Positions 38,099-50,632 of a stretch of DNA of 64,000 nt are shown one piece after another. The number at the start of each line of letters is the position of its first letter. The first letter of the stretch is position 1. The notes below the pieces were generated by a model. That model did no database searches. It was not told the origin of the DNA and saw only the letters and a program-made list of their open reading frames with translations. Location of the stretch: assembly GCF_000150275.1 (NCBI RefSeq), contig NW_002060947.1, positions 5,834,855 through 5,898,854 of the forward strand, read 5' to 3'. A program made the position numbers and the translations under genes. This DNA comes from Trichoplax adhaerens (lineage: Eukaryota > Animalia > Placozoa).

Positions 38099-41000
38099 CT
38101 ATTTCTGTGAAATATCTGAGCTTAGACGTATGGTCAGCTTCCTTATAATCGATTTTGAAAGTCTTTGAACGTCACGATCTTGATGCTTTTGCAAAATTTC
38201 TATGTATTCTTTCGCTGCATAATCCAAGACATACGTGTATCAGGCATTAAACAAAAAGTAGACGGCTAAGTTATTACTTATTTTAGTACCTTTACATCGA
38301 TCTAATTCAGCTATTAGCGGCTCCTTGACTGGAATCTGCTGAGTAAATCATTAATTTATAAGTTGCACATCGCTTAAGAAAAACTTAAAAGAAACATTAA
38401 AATTTAAGTTATTATCGTAAGATATTCCTATTGCAGTATTCATTCTCACTACCATAGCAATTGAAATACTAATTTTAATTTTAGTGACCTACTTGAAATA
38501 AGCCTCTCATAATAGTTAAAGCAGGTATTAATAACTATAAAAGTTACAATAATCCAATTAATATCAACACATAAAGTGCATAATGCCATTACTGTAATAA
38601 AAATGGGTAAAGACAGATTGCACACCTCTAAACTATCTTCTATTAATGCCGTCTGTAATAAAGGGATAATGTTGCATTCCATTAAATGGCTCTTCTGCAA
38701 ATTTATGTGTAAGAGATCAGTTGCGGAGATATTCTTAGAAAATCTACATTAATTTCTTAATAAAATGACGTACCTCCTCTGGGTTACTATGTAAGGTGAG
38801 AGCGGATATTGCTTCCAGGACCTCAATTTTGGTGGCGTGATCGAGCTTAAGTTCATTAAGGAAATACGAAGATATTATTCATTGCATGATAATAACATAA
38901 TATATCTCGCAGTATTATTTAGTAAATGCGTATTAATTAGCAAAGCACTGTAAATTACACTATTTCAGGTTACTATTATTGTATGATATAATTATATTGG
39001 AAAGGCTGAAAATTGCTCAATACTACGACTATAAAACTTACGTCTGAAAATATTTCAATCCATAATTGCACAATTCCTGAGTGAAAAAACGCCTACAATA
39101 AGGTGGATTAACATTAGTATAAATGCAGTGATGAGATATTGAAAATCTTTACTAGCATGTTATTAAAAGACGTATGATAAAAGAATTAAATGCAATATAC
39201 GCGTTTGATTCCACTACCGATAAAAAAAATAATGAAAATTATATTATTATCAGATACCGAGGCTGAATTTTGATAGGTTGTTGCTATGTTTGATAATAAC
39301 CATATGACTTCCTATCAGAGTATTAAATAGGATTTATAAATTGATGGCAATTAATATAAGTGCATTTTTTATGTAAAGAGTCAAGACCAAACTGACTTTC
39401 TTCAGCGAGCTGTCTTGAATGTACCCTCTTAAATAGTTTAAACCGTTCAGTTTTATAAATAGCTGAAATAATACGGACAATAGTCAATAAATCGAATAGC
39501 TAAGAAAGTCAGCTTAAACCTCCTTATTCACTATCGTCAATCTATTGAGATTTGCACTTTTTACCTTAGCGACCGGTTCATCTCCCATTGTTATGTTATC
39601 AATTAATCGAATTAAAATCTTCTAAAAATCATCATTAATATTAAAGGTGCATAGAATTATTAAATATTTGATGAAGTGCATCAAAAAAAATATGACAAGA
39701 TCATCCACTTCTTATTAATTTTGGCTTGTTAAGGAAACACAATATGATATATGTAACCTACGATAGTGATCTATATCGGGTTCGCATTATTACTTCAAAC
39801 GCAGTATACATTTATATTTTCTATTAGACTATTTACGCCTTTCTAAAACTTTATATTTTCACAGATTTAGGTCTAGGAGTTATTTAAGCTTGGTAATACT
39901 ATACAAACCTTCAAGGGTAAAGATGTTGCGGAAATTAATGCTATCAGTCGAGGAATAATTTTAGAATCTTGAATAGCCTAAATGTATAAATACGAGCATG
40001 TTCCCACTAAATGAAATCATTCGATGTTATACTGATGCAGTGTTAAAATATTATTGCACCCTATGAAAGATAAAATTTATCTTGATAGGAAAATTGCATT
40101 AAATGTCATAAAAATAGGATTAAGTTCGTATGGTACTTACTTTTAATTCATCATTTAGATCACATGTGATGAATGTTAACGCCCAACAACTTGTTAATAG
40201 AACCTACGATACAGCATTAGTAAATCATAATATTGGAAAAAAATCTCAATGTTTTATTCCTATTTCAACATCTGTAACTACAGTTAATGCAAACCTCTAT
40301 ATCATCTTGATAAATGAGTTTAGTTATTATGTTTAATAGCTGCAAAAGGAATGATATGATCATAATTACAACTCAACCCAACATTGCGACATAACATTCC
40401 TTGATGATAAGGAATTGAGCTTTTATTTATTATCCTATTAGCAAAGTAACTAAAAGATTTTATAACGTTATCACGTTTCGAAGTTATTACTTCATTAAAA
40501 TATTTGGAAGTCATTGCAGGACTTAAGTCTTGACATAAAACTAATATCAGTTTTGATATTAGACACATCTGTCCTATCTAGATCAAGGTGACGTGAGAAA
40601 TTTTCGGTTAGACGAAAGCCTTAATATTTTTTACTTAGCAACGAAGGTAGATTCCAACGAGTTTACCGGAAGATCTAAAAAGTAAACTGCCTGAATAGTA
40701 GGCAGTAAATTGCTACCCAAAGCTAGATTGCGAAATCGACTTCCGTTCTCTAAGTGAATTATTAAAACAAATGAACCATTCGTAAGTAGTGCAATTTATT
40801 TATTTCGTATATTTACGATTCGACACTAACGAATAATATTTATTAAAGCCTGTGTAGCCTTTTGCGACACTTCAGTGATGGCTGAGGATGTCAGATTAAT
40901 TAGTAATGGTATGGCACCTAATGGGCAGAATTTTAAAATTGTAAGTTGCAGTATGAGAAGTTATTGTACGTATAAGACAGCTTGCAGGACGTTTTAATAC

Positions 41001-42122
41001 TGCATAATTGCAACGAATCAATCATGGAAAGAGGAGTGATAATTGAAATCAATACTAATTTTACGTACCGGCTTGAGTCAGAGCCTTTAGTTGCTCTGTT
41101 TCTATAGTCGAAAATATTAAAAGACAGGAGCATACGTCCTCTTGCATTCTGATCCTTCATCATAATTAAAGCTATTAATTATGGTAACTTTATTAAAAGC
41201 TAGTTATTTAAAATATGCACTGGTAGTAAATTATTCAGCTAGCTTCGTAACAACATTGCACGTACTCATCCACAACTGGCCACTCATAATCTCTAGCTAG
41301 TTCCACTAATTCAATAACTAAGGACGACCTAAAATATCAATTAAAGATTTTTATGAGCGTAATTATTGCAAATTTAAAGTTGTGTTATCGATATATGAGA
41401 AGCCTTCTCAAAATACCTTATAGCGAAATACATTGAACTGGGTAAACCAATTTCGAGGAAAGCTCTGTATTAAACCAACATTATGAACGGTTTAGATGAG
41501 GCAAAAATTAAGTTTAATCCAACATTTATGATTGCTAATGCAGTAGTGCGAGATGTATTTTACTATTACATAATAAGTAATCAAACGATCAAAATGCTAA
41601 ATTATGTATTAGTTACCGCGCATTACTGAGCCATTGGAGTTTAACAGCAGTTGACGTAGCGTTTTCAATCATCTGGCATATCACAAACAGAAATTCGACA
41701 AGAAAATTTTTTATTTTGATTAAGCTAGTGTTTTCTAACGTAGGTGAGTACCTCTGCTATTCCTGAGAAAATTTCGATTTGATTGCTATACTGTAAAGGT
41801 TAAGTACACGTATTTTTTATAATGTTTAGACATTAGGTTAATGGATATGACAAGATGTGCAGTATAATAATAATCTATATTATATGCATAACTCAAAATG
41901 TAATAGTGTCTTGGATCACCTGATCATTGGCAGCATCTCCTTCAAGTTTTTCATCATTCAGGTGACCATATTAAGTGTCATATTATACAATTTAGATACA
42001 AATACGATTGAATTTTGATTCATTCATCGTTCTAACTAAAATTTGTTCGAAGGTAATACTCACGGTGACTTTTTGCTCCAGTTACCTTTTGCATGTTCAG
42101 GTTGAATTTCACTGGTATTCAT
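38099..42122 (-). CDS. Divergent importin-alpha (karyopherin-alpha)-like ARM-repeat protein, about 20 small exons
   Basis: Exons read in importin-alpha order: 41617-41672 (MIENATSTAVKLQWLSNAR), 41417-41464, 41266-41328, 40831-40917 (GAIPLLINLTSSAITEVSQKATQALINII), 40667-40749, 40491-40568, 40141-40203 (VLLTSCWALTFITCD), 39909-39977 (AIQDSKIIPRLIALI), 39565-39621 (LIRLIDNITMGDE), 39397-39462, 39258-39311 (EVIWLLSNIA), 39042-39092, 38774-38845 (TKIEVLEAISALT), 38626-38694, 38290-38335, 38099-38214 (IEILQKHQDRDVQRLSKSII). Three or four junctions and the start codon are uncertain, so a pseudogene is not excluded. Confidence 0.78.
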
Positions 42123-45100
42123 TGGATACGGCCACTCTACGCGTTGATCAACTTAACAAGGCACAAACACATTTCTAAGGTTGGCTATTTTCAAAGGACT
42201 GAAAGATGGAGTACACTAGATAGTTTAATATGGTTTGTTACAGGATTAAATTTATTCAGCGAATTACTAGATATTTTTAGTCTTGAAGCTGCAAGTCAAT
42301 AAAGATTGATGCTAACATACTATTAAGAAGCATGTGATCAAGGCATTCAGATGCTACTTCATTAATGATATAATTCAGCTCTTGTTAAAGTGTCATGAAT
42401 TAAAATGGAAGCAAGAATTTAGACGAATGAAATTTAGTAACAAGTTTTTGGCATTACGGTTGACAAGCCGAAAACCCTTTCAGCTATTATACTCAGTCTA
42501 CCTTTCATTAATAGTTTTTATACCTACATGGCAATGGTAAACTAGACATTTATTTCATAGCTAGTTCATTTATAGTATAAACTCAATAAAATGGTTCGCA
42601 ACAAACTTTAATGTGAACATAGAACTTATGTGTATCATCGCTGTTAGTACTTATTATTTACTATCGAATACTGCTTAAGTACCGTACCTGATCGCGCCTA
42701 GTTATGCCAGAGAATAGAATTGTTACGTTAGAAGTAATTAGCAGTAATAGAAGAGCATCCTCATTCGATTTGAATATTACCTAGTTAATTAAGAATTTCA
42801 TTACATAAATACATAATCGTTCACTCAGTAAAGGACGCAACTGTATATCCAACTTTTGAGCATTAAATTTGCGCCGGTTTCAGCTACCTACCATAGATAC
42901 ACTAGCTATATATGGGAAGAATAAGTCATGCTAATGCACATTTGATCCAGTATATAATTAAATTCTGTTACCATTACTGTCGGTAACGATGTCTTACAGT
43001 AAGTGGAAGTCAAGTTAATTAATGCATGAAAGATATGATTGGCTAAGTTAGGCATATTGACCAAATGTTTAGTATTCTGCTTTGTACCGATGATATACTA
43101 TAAAATATATATTTGGTGGTCTGCTGCTGTACATTAATATACAATCGCTGTATCGATTTCATATTGAGTGGCATAATCGCAATTAATTAGTTAAATACAA
43201 AATAGTTAATTACTTATAGTCGTAAATATTATACTAAATAGCACATATATCAACATACAAAATTACTGTTTCCCTCTTAATAAATCCTTGCTAATTGAAA
43301 TTTATGTTATATTACGTTAGATATAACGAACTTAATCGACACGTATTCAAAATTATTTAGCATGGCACAATTTTGAGAATTCATTATTTGCAACGGAAAG
43401 AGTTATGGAAAGTCTTTAGATAAGCTAGCTTGACCTAGAGTGCTGAGCTAAAATGATGCTGTTTATACAAATTCGTTTCACGATTGACAATGAACAAAAA
43501 CGATATAATGTCTTGATGGCCGCACATTACGAAACCAACTTACACAATATCTGACCTTCTAAGGCATCTAGCCGATTCATCAGAAGTTACTCATTCGGTA
43601 GCGAGCAATAGTAAATCTATATTTTAAATGCATAATTGAAACAAATATTTTTATCTCAAACATTATTATTTATCAGCGTTTACTGCATGCTTATTTCAAA
43701 GTTACTATTATAATATGCCTATGATCAGTACCGCATTGCTTCATATAAACTTAAACTTATTCTGAGTATGCTCCACACTTATTTACCCATACGATGTTAG
43801 AAGAATCGACCATTGCTCTAGAAAGTCTTTCTCATTCCATAACAACGCACTAGTAAGACAATCTCACTTATTTTATTGATATCATCATGCAGCAAGTGGG
43901 CCTATTAGAATAGTATACTATGACTACTGTACTGGTAGCCAAATGAAATTCAACTACAGAATAGTCGACATTAATAAGTTTTAATAAGCTACATCGATAC
44001 AAACTTATTAGTTAATAGTAAAATCGACTTTAAACTATAACTTTTCGACGAATGGAGACATTGGGAATGATGCAGGCTTATACTAGTGCATTCTGTGAGG
44101 ATGAACTTATGTAATTACAATATCAACAGTATTTCGGATTGAAGTATTTTATAGTAATGCCCCTTAGTACTGCATTTTACTATGCAAATAAGTTAATAGC
44201 TTAGGTAAATGCATATGTAAGTGATTTATAATTATAATCTGCGCACTAGTTTAAAACCTCGAGTTTTTATCTTTGACTGGCTATAGTCGTTGATACTTTT
44301 TACCGCAGCATTTTAAATGTTAAAAGCGCATTTGGTAATACCAAATATAGTTTAACTTAAGAGGTTGACTTGGGTTATTTGAAGCGATAGCTATCTTAGG
44401 TTACTTTAATAAGTTATTATAAATCCTTCTGTGACTACAGCAATACTGTATTTAAGAATGAAGAAAAATCATTCGAATTCAGCCTTTGCCGAAAATGGTC
44501 CGTATAAGTGAAAGTACATTATTACTCTTTACAAGATACATAAGAGTAAACTCCTCTAATGAATGTATTGCCTAGAAGAAGTATAGTTTGTCTGACTTCT
44601 GCTTAATGCAGGAACTCAATTTCAGGTTTAAAGAAGTTGCTTCCAGTTTCGAAGTAATAATGAAACATTTATAGTAAAGGACTTAGTCATTTAATAAATA
44701 ACGACGCTTGATTAATTCCAAATTAAATGTAGCTTAAGTAATCGATCAAAGATTTACAACAAAAACTCATCACGTTTATTTCCTTAACTTCGTACTATAA
44801 AAATGCAAGAATAAATTAAAGCGCACTTTATACTATAATTCATAACAGTACTATCGAAAAAATCCTTCCAATGGGTGATGTAATCTACAACTCGCGTATA
44901 TTCGTACCTTGAAAATTTTAACGACTTATTTAACTCTCATTTTTCTATATTAAATAAGACTATTGTTTCATCGATATCTGTTGGCTGTATTGCAGGATAG
45001 TAGAGATAATTACTTATAAAAGTATAGAAGATTAGAAGATGTAAAGGGCTGGTAAAGGTCAACAACCTAGGGGTAGCATTCAAATGGTTGGTTTGTTATT

Positions 45101-45907
45101 TACTTTACTTCAGGCATTCACCTATTATATTGGAAAAGCAATAAGAAAGCTAATTGGGAGAATTCATCACATGGCATACGGCCTATCTAATTAGCACTGT
45201 TACTACTACGTATGAATTATTGATGATTAATAGTACCAAAATAAGAGCCTCTATAACATTCCGAAGTAAAGTGGCTGGACAATATAAGTCAAAAATGCTT
45301 ATTTATAGTAGCGTAAACCATATAGTCTCATACAGTGATTCGGCATATCATACCAATATCAATATTGTAATTATTTTTCTCAGAAACATTTACTTTGCTT
45401 TGTAATCGGCTTTTAACCTTGTCGATCGTTTTATATGTAGCTGTTTGGAAGTTTGAAGATTACAGTTGCGGTACAGGAAAACTCTTGGAGTAATATTTTA
45501 TCCGATTAGATTATAATTCACTTGGAAAATTTCGTGCTAACTATTTGCTCCACCTCTTTGGCTGGTGTTTTACACTTAATAGTTGTTTAATTCAATAACA
45601 CTAGAATCGATTTTGGTTGTAAATTTTATCGAAACGATTACTGTACGTCTGTACCTACCTAAAAAACAATAAAACTCGTCGTGGCAATTTTCTAGCCCGA
45701 TTTGTGTCCTAAGCGAACGCGTGTTTAGCAGCTTTTTAGCGTAGAGCTATCGACTCCAGTATTCGGCGATAACTAATGTGATTGGTTGCTTGCGGTATAA
45801 TATGAGTTTCATTTCCGGATAAGTGGCAAAGAGATCATTTCCTTTAGTACAGTATATGTACCGTAATACTAAATTGTTGAAATAAGATTGAAAAGGCCTC
45901 ATTAAAG

Positions 45908-48166
45908 ATGGGTAATAGCCTTAATCGAGAGATAAGAACGCTAACTTCTCAAGGTGATGAAAAATTTTCTATTGGATATTACAAAGAAGCGCTTTCATTA
46001 TTTTCTCAGGCCGTCGAGAAATTTCCTGATATGGAGTTTAAAGACAAATATATCAACCAGGATTTATCTAATTTATACCGTCGAATTGCCTATACGTACT
46101 TGAATACTCATCAGTACAAAGAAGCAAATGAATTTTGTGATAAATCTTACAATTGTGCCAGTCTAATTGATAACAAACTATCCATGGCTCACTGTATGGA
46201 TATTTACGGGCATATTAAAAAGATCTGGGATCAGTACGAGGAAGCATTACATGATTATCAAATGGCATTAAAGTACAAGATTGAATCTGTAGGAGAAGAT
46301 AATGGCAATATTATTCATTCATACAATAATATAGCTGGAATTTATTCCTTAACTGGAAATCTAAGTGAAGCATTAATCATGGAAAAGAAGTGCTTAAAGT
46401 TACAAGTAAAGTTGACGGGTGAAAATTGTTTGCACGTCGCAACTTTAAATAGCAATATTGGATATCTCATGGAAATGCTTAACAGTCTTGATGAAGCACT
46501 CCTAATGTTTAATAAAGCATTAAAGATTCAACTGAAAGTATTAGGATCCAATAATAAGCATGTTGCTTTAACCTACAGTAAAATGGGTTCGGTACTTTAT
46601 TTACAACATAAACACGATGAAGCTTTAGCAATGTTCCATAAATCACTAAGTATTGATTTAAAAATATTGGGAGAAAATCATTTGCGGGTCGCAGCGACGT
46701 ACAAAAATATCGGAAAATTGTATTACACACAGATGAGATATGATGATGCTAATTGCTTATTTTATAAAGCATTGAAGATTCAACTAGAAATTTTAGGAGA
46801 ACACCATAGCCTAACCGGTGGTATCTATCACAACATTGCATCCGCATATCAAGCACAACATCAGTATAATGATGCTTTGCATTATCATCAAAAAGCATTG
46901 AAAATTTTACTTGAGATTTATGGAGAGAAAAGCTCTAATGTTGCTAAATGTTATCAGAAATTGGGGAGCACTTATTTTTCGCTTAAAAGATTCAGCGAAG
47001 CTCTAACTATGTATACTAAGGCTGTTAACATCCTTATTGGCGAATGCGGGGAAGATGATCTTCATATTGCAACGCTCTATTATAAAATGGGTAAAGTCTA
47101 TCATATGTTAAAAAAGTATAAGGATGCCCTATCTTTACATCAGAAAGGGTTAAAAATTCGGATTGGAATACTCGGAGAGAATGATAAATGGGTAGCTAAA
47201 TCGTATAGCGAACTAGCCAAGGCCTATACCATGCTCGATGATCGACATGAAGATGCTCTATCTATGCTTGATGCATGTCTCCAATTACAGCTAAAATTTT
47301 ACGGTAGGAATAACAGTTCTGTGGCAGCTACATATATCAATATGGCTAGCCTTTATATTGCCGATAAAGATTATGACGAAGCTGTAGCTGTGTACCAAGA
47401 AGCATTAGAAATCAGCCAGAACTTGCAGAATAACGAAAATAGCCCAAAAGTAGGAGATTGCTATTATAATCTTGGTTCCATCTATGCACTACAAAATCGA
47501 TATGAAGAATCGTTAACAATGTATAAGAAATCTATCGACATCAGGAAAGAATCAAACGACGAGAGTAGTAGTATCGTCGCCATGACTTACAGCGAAATTG
47601 CATCTGTTTACCGTTCACAAAAATTATGCAATGATGCACTATCAATGTATCAGATATCGCTTAAAATTCAGAAAGAGCTATCATCAAACAGTCGTGAAGT
47701 TGGAGTTTTATATCAATGTATAGCAAGTTGTTATCAGTGTTTAAATAAATACGTCGATGCGTTATCAATGTACGAAAATGCACTAAAAGTTTACTTGGAA
47801 CTCGATGGCAAAAATAGTCTAGCTGTCGCTAAAATATATTGTAGTATGGCAGATGTTTATCGATTACAAAGTAAATATGTCGACGCCATATCGAATTATA
47901 AAACAACATTTAGCATTTGGATGGAAGTGGAATCTCTGAAAAATAAAGAGATTGAGGCATACAACAGCCTGCTGAAAGAGTCAGAGTCAGGAATCGGTAA
48001 CTTTGATGAATCTGCTGTATGTGACAAATTTTCCGCTTTAAGTTATGAAATACAGAAATTGCTCCAACATTCTTTCAATATCGACGGCAGTAAGCTAACT
48101 GCAATTATTCAACCATCAACACATGAAGAAGGGAACGAAGATGATCAGCCAAAGTTGGAATTTTAA
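45908..48166 (+). CDS. 752-aa intronless TPR-array protein with MGNS N-terminus (putative N-myristoylation)
   Basis: ORF with 42-aa TPR repeats (HVAxTYxxIGxxYxxQxxYDxALxxxxKALKIQLxILGE) and an acidic tail. Confidence 0.93.
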   Translation: MGNSLNREIRTLTSQGDEKFSIGYYKEALSLFSQAVEKFPDMEFKDKYINQDLSNLYRRIAYTYLNTHQYKEANEFCDKSYNCASLIDNKLSMAHCMDIYGHIKKIWDQYEEALHDYQMALKYKIESVGEDNGNIIHSYNNIAGIYSLTGNLSEALIMEKKCLKLQVKLTGENCLHVATLNSNIGYLMEMLNSLDEALLMFNKALKIQLKVLGSNNKHVALTYSKMGSVLYLQHKHDEALAMFHKSLSIDLKILGENHLRVAATYKNIGKLYYTQMRYDDANCLFYKALKIQLEILGEHHSLTGGIYHNIASAYQAQHQYNDALHYHQKALKILLEIYGEKSSNVAKCYQKLGSTYFSLKRFSEALTMYTKAVNILIGECGEDDLHIATLYYKMGKVYHMLKKYKDALSLHQKGLKIRIGILGENDKWVAKSYSELAKAYTMLDDRHEDALSMLDACLQLQLKFYGRNNSSVAATYINMASLYIADKDYDEAVAVYQEALEISQNLQNNENSPKVGDCYYNLGSIYALQNRYEESLTMYKKSIDIRKESNDESSSIVAMTYSEIASVYRSQKLCNDALSMYQISLKIQKELSSNSREVGVLYQCIASCYQCLNKYVDALSMYENALKVYLELDGKNSLAVAKIYCSMADVYRLQSKYVDAISNYKTTFSIWMEVESLKNKEIEAYNSLLKESESGIGNFDESAVCDKFSALSYEIQKLLQHSFNIDGSKLTAIIQPSTHEEGNEDDQPKLEF

Positions 48167-50632
48167 GATAGAAAATTATAATAAAATTAGTAATCACGCC
48201 ATGTCATGATAATATTAGAGGAATTTTATTAAATTTAAAACTTATTACCTGTAACTCTTTAATTACCGTACACTTTCTTATACATACCGCAGCTTCGGCA
48301 AGTACAGAATACTATCTTCTATTGCCAAAATTAACGTGCATTTGAGCTGACTTTTAAAACTTGCTTTTGCCAATCTATATCTTCAATATTGCAAGTATAG
48401 TAATTAGTATTAGTTGTCAACATTTTTATAAATTTTTACCATTTTATCACTGCGCCGATTGTTAATAGATATCTAATCGACAGATTTTCTCAAGTGTCGC
48501 TGTAAATCTACAAATTATTCATTTGTAACAAATTACTTTTATAGTAGATTAGAGTTAAAGTACCATAGATTTTTAATCTATTATAATATGTATCAGCGTA
48601 AGTCCTATTTAGCAGTAATGTAGTTTACAAATCGAAGTATCTTTATAAGTTCTATGTAGCTGTAACATTGCTGACGAATGCTACTAAAGCTGAAGATTTC
48701 AAGCATGTAATTAATGAATGAGACATTTGCTTTGTAGGTATCGGAAACTAACATCGCAGATAATTATTTCTTCAAGGCCTTTACTAATGAATTACCAATA
48801 AATGGTAACTAATGCCATCATACCAGATACTAAAATAAGTTATTACTGTAAGCTTTGCTGGAGCCGAAGAAGAGTTCATCTCAATGATCTTAGCAATAAT
48901 TTTATCATTAGTGTCTTGATTTTAATGAAATATTAGTTTAACATCCTGTCGGTTCATCGACAGAGATGTCGCACTTCACAGTCACTAAATAATACCCAAA
49001 ATTGCAGTATCACACAAAGTTCAACGAAGCGGTAATAAATAGCAATGAATATTTTAATTGTAGTGCTTAAATTATCATTTACGCGTAGTAGTAGATGTAC
49101 TCATAACAAGCTATGCATTATACGAACAGGAATATTGGACTGATTAGTAATTATAATTAAGCCTATATATTCTACAGTATTATACTTTACGTTAGTTACT
49201 GTATAGTACTGTTCTGAATTAGGTAACAAAATGGTTCAATAGCCCCTATCGTGTTTTACAGTACTATAGAAAAAAACAGCGGTTTTGAGTAATTGAATTT
49301 GGCAAGTTTAACATCAAGTCATAAATTTCCCCTATTTATACATATTTAGAAGGAATTGCAAATTATTTCTCGAATCCAGTCTAGAGGGCATCCAAATTAG
49401 AGAAATGTACCGAAATATTGCATCTTTATTTATTTTTAGAATAGCCGTTAAATTAATTATATGAAGTATAGAGTGAATATAAACGTACATATACTCTACT
49501 ATACAGTAATGTCGTTAGCATCATTGATAATTAATTAATAATACATATAGTATTATTGCATCTTTACAAGTAGTATGGTAAACATCGCTGAATTAATTGT
49601 ATGACTTTAGGTTTATTTTTGAAATCTATTTTTAAAAGCTAAATTCAGTTTGCTGATTTTAATATAATTAGCATCGTATATTACGCTCAATCTGATCATC
49701 TCCCAGTTTATTTTACGAAATAGCATAACGAAGTAGTTTATGTGATTGTGTAGATTTATTTCATATTAGGCCGATGATAAAGATCTAAAGGAATGCATTT
49801 TATTGCGGCTTCCTGTCTGTCTGCTTTATATAGTTATCAACGCAATTCGATTGTCGGATAATCGATGGTATGCATACGTCATTTCAGCCATGAATTAATG
49901 TTCATGAAAATTAAATGCCCCTTGTTATAGTACTAACTTCGCGGTAACAAGTTAGAAGTTTGTTAGCGTAATTAATGGGCAACGCAGACCTCATACGGGC
50001 TACTGGAAATTGCAACAAAGCGTACATTTCCGCTCTTACCGGAGGACAGCTGGCAGTTTTCCACATTAGTTTGAAATCCTCATGAGAGATAAAGTCAATC
50101 CAGCAAAATTTCCTATTCTCATTAATCTCCATGATAGGCTTTCGTACAGTAGACTAATAATCACGTGAATATAGCCTTAATTCAATGGCTTAAGGCCATG
50201 TCTCCTCCATATTTGTTCCTAATTGTATAACAACAAAAGGATATTACCGTTATGTAGTGTAATAGCACAATGGAAATTATAATCGGGCAAACCCCTGTGT
50301 CCGTTATAGGCCTCATACTGTTTAGGTTTTATAAAATTTTATTAAAAAAATAATTGCCGTACGCTTGTATACTAGAAACGATAATAACATTCTTGCAAGA
50401 AAATTTGCCTGATAGAAGGAGTTTTTAAAGGTAGCCTTGGATTTATGGTGATATACTAACAATAGCCTTGGCAGGGAAACTAGAAGGTAATCCGCGATGT
50501 TGTTGAGCGAAAGTCGAATGTAAGCAGGCATCCGTATCCAAGAATAATTTTTGTATGTTTTGATCATGTTTCGTAATTTTTTAATCCTGATGCACCGGTA
50601 ACACTTGGACGATAACTGTATTGACCTATGAA

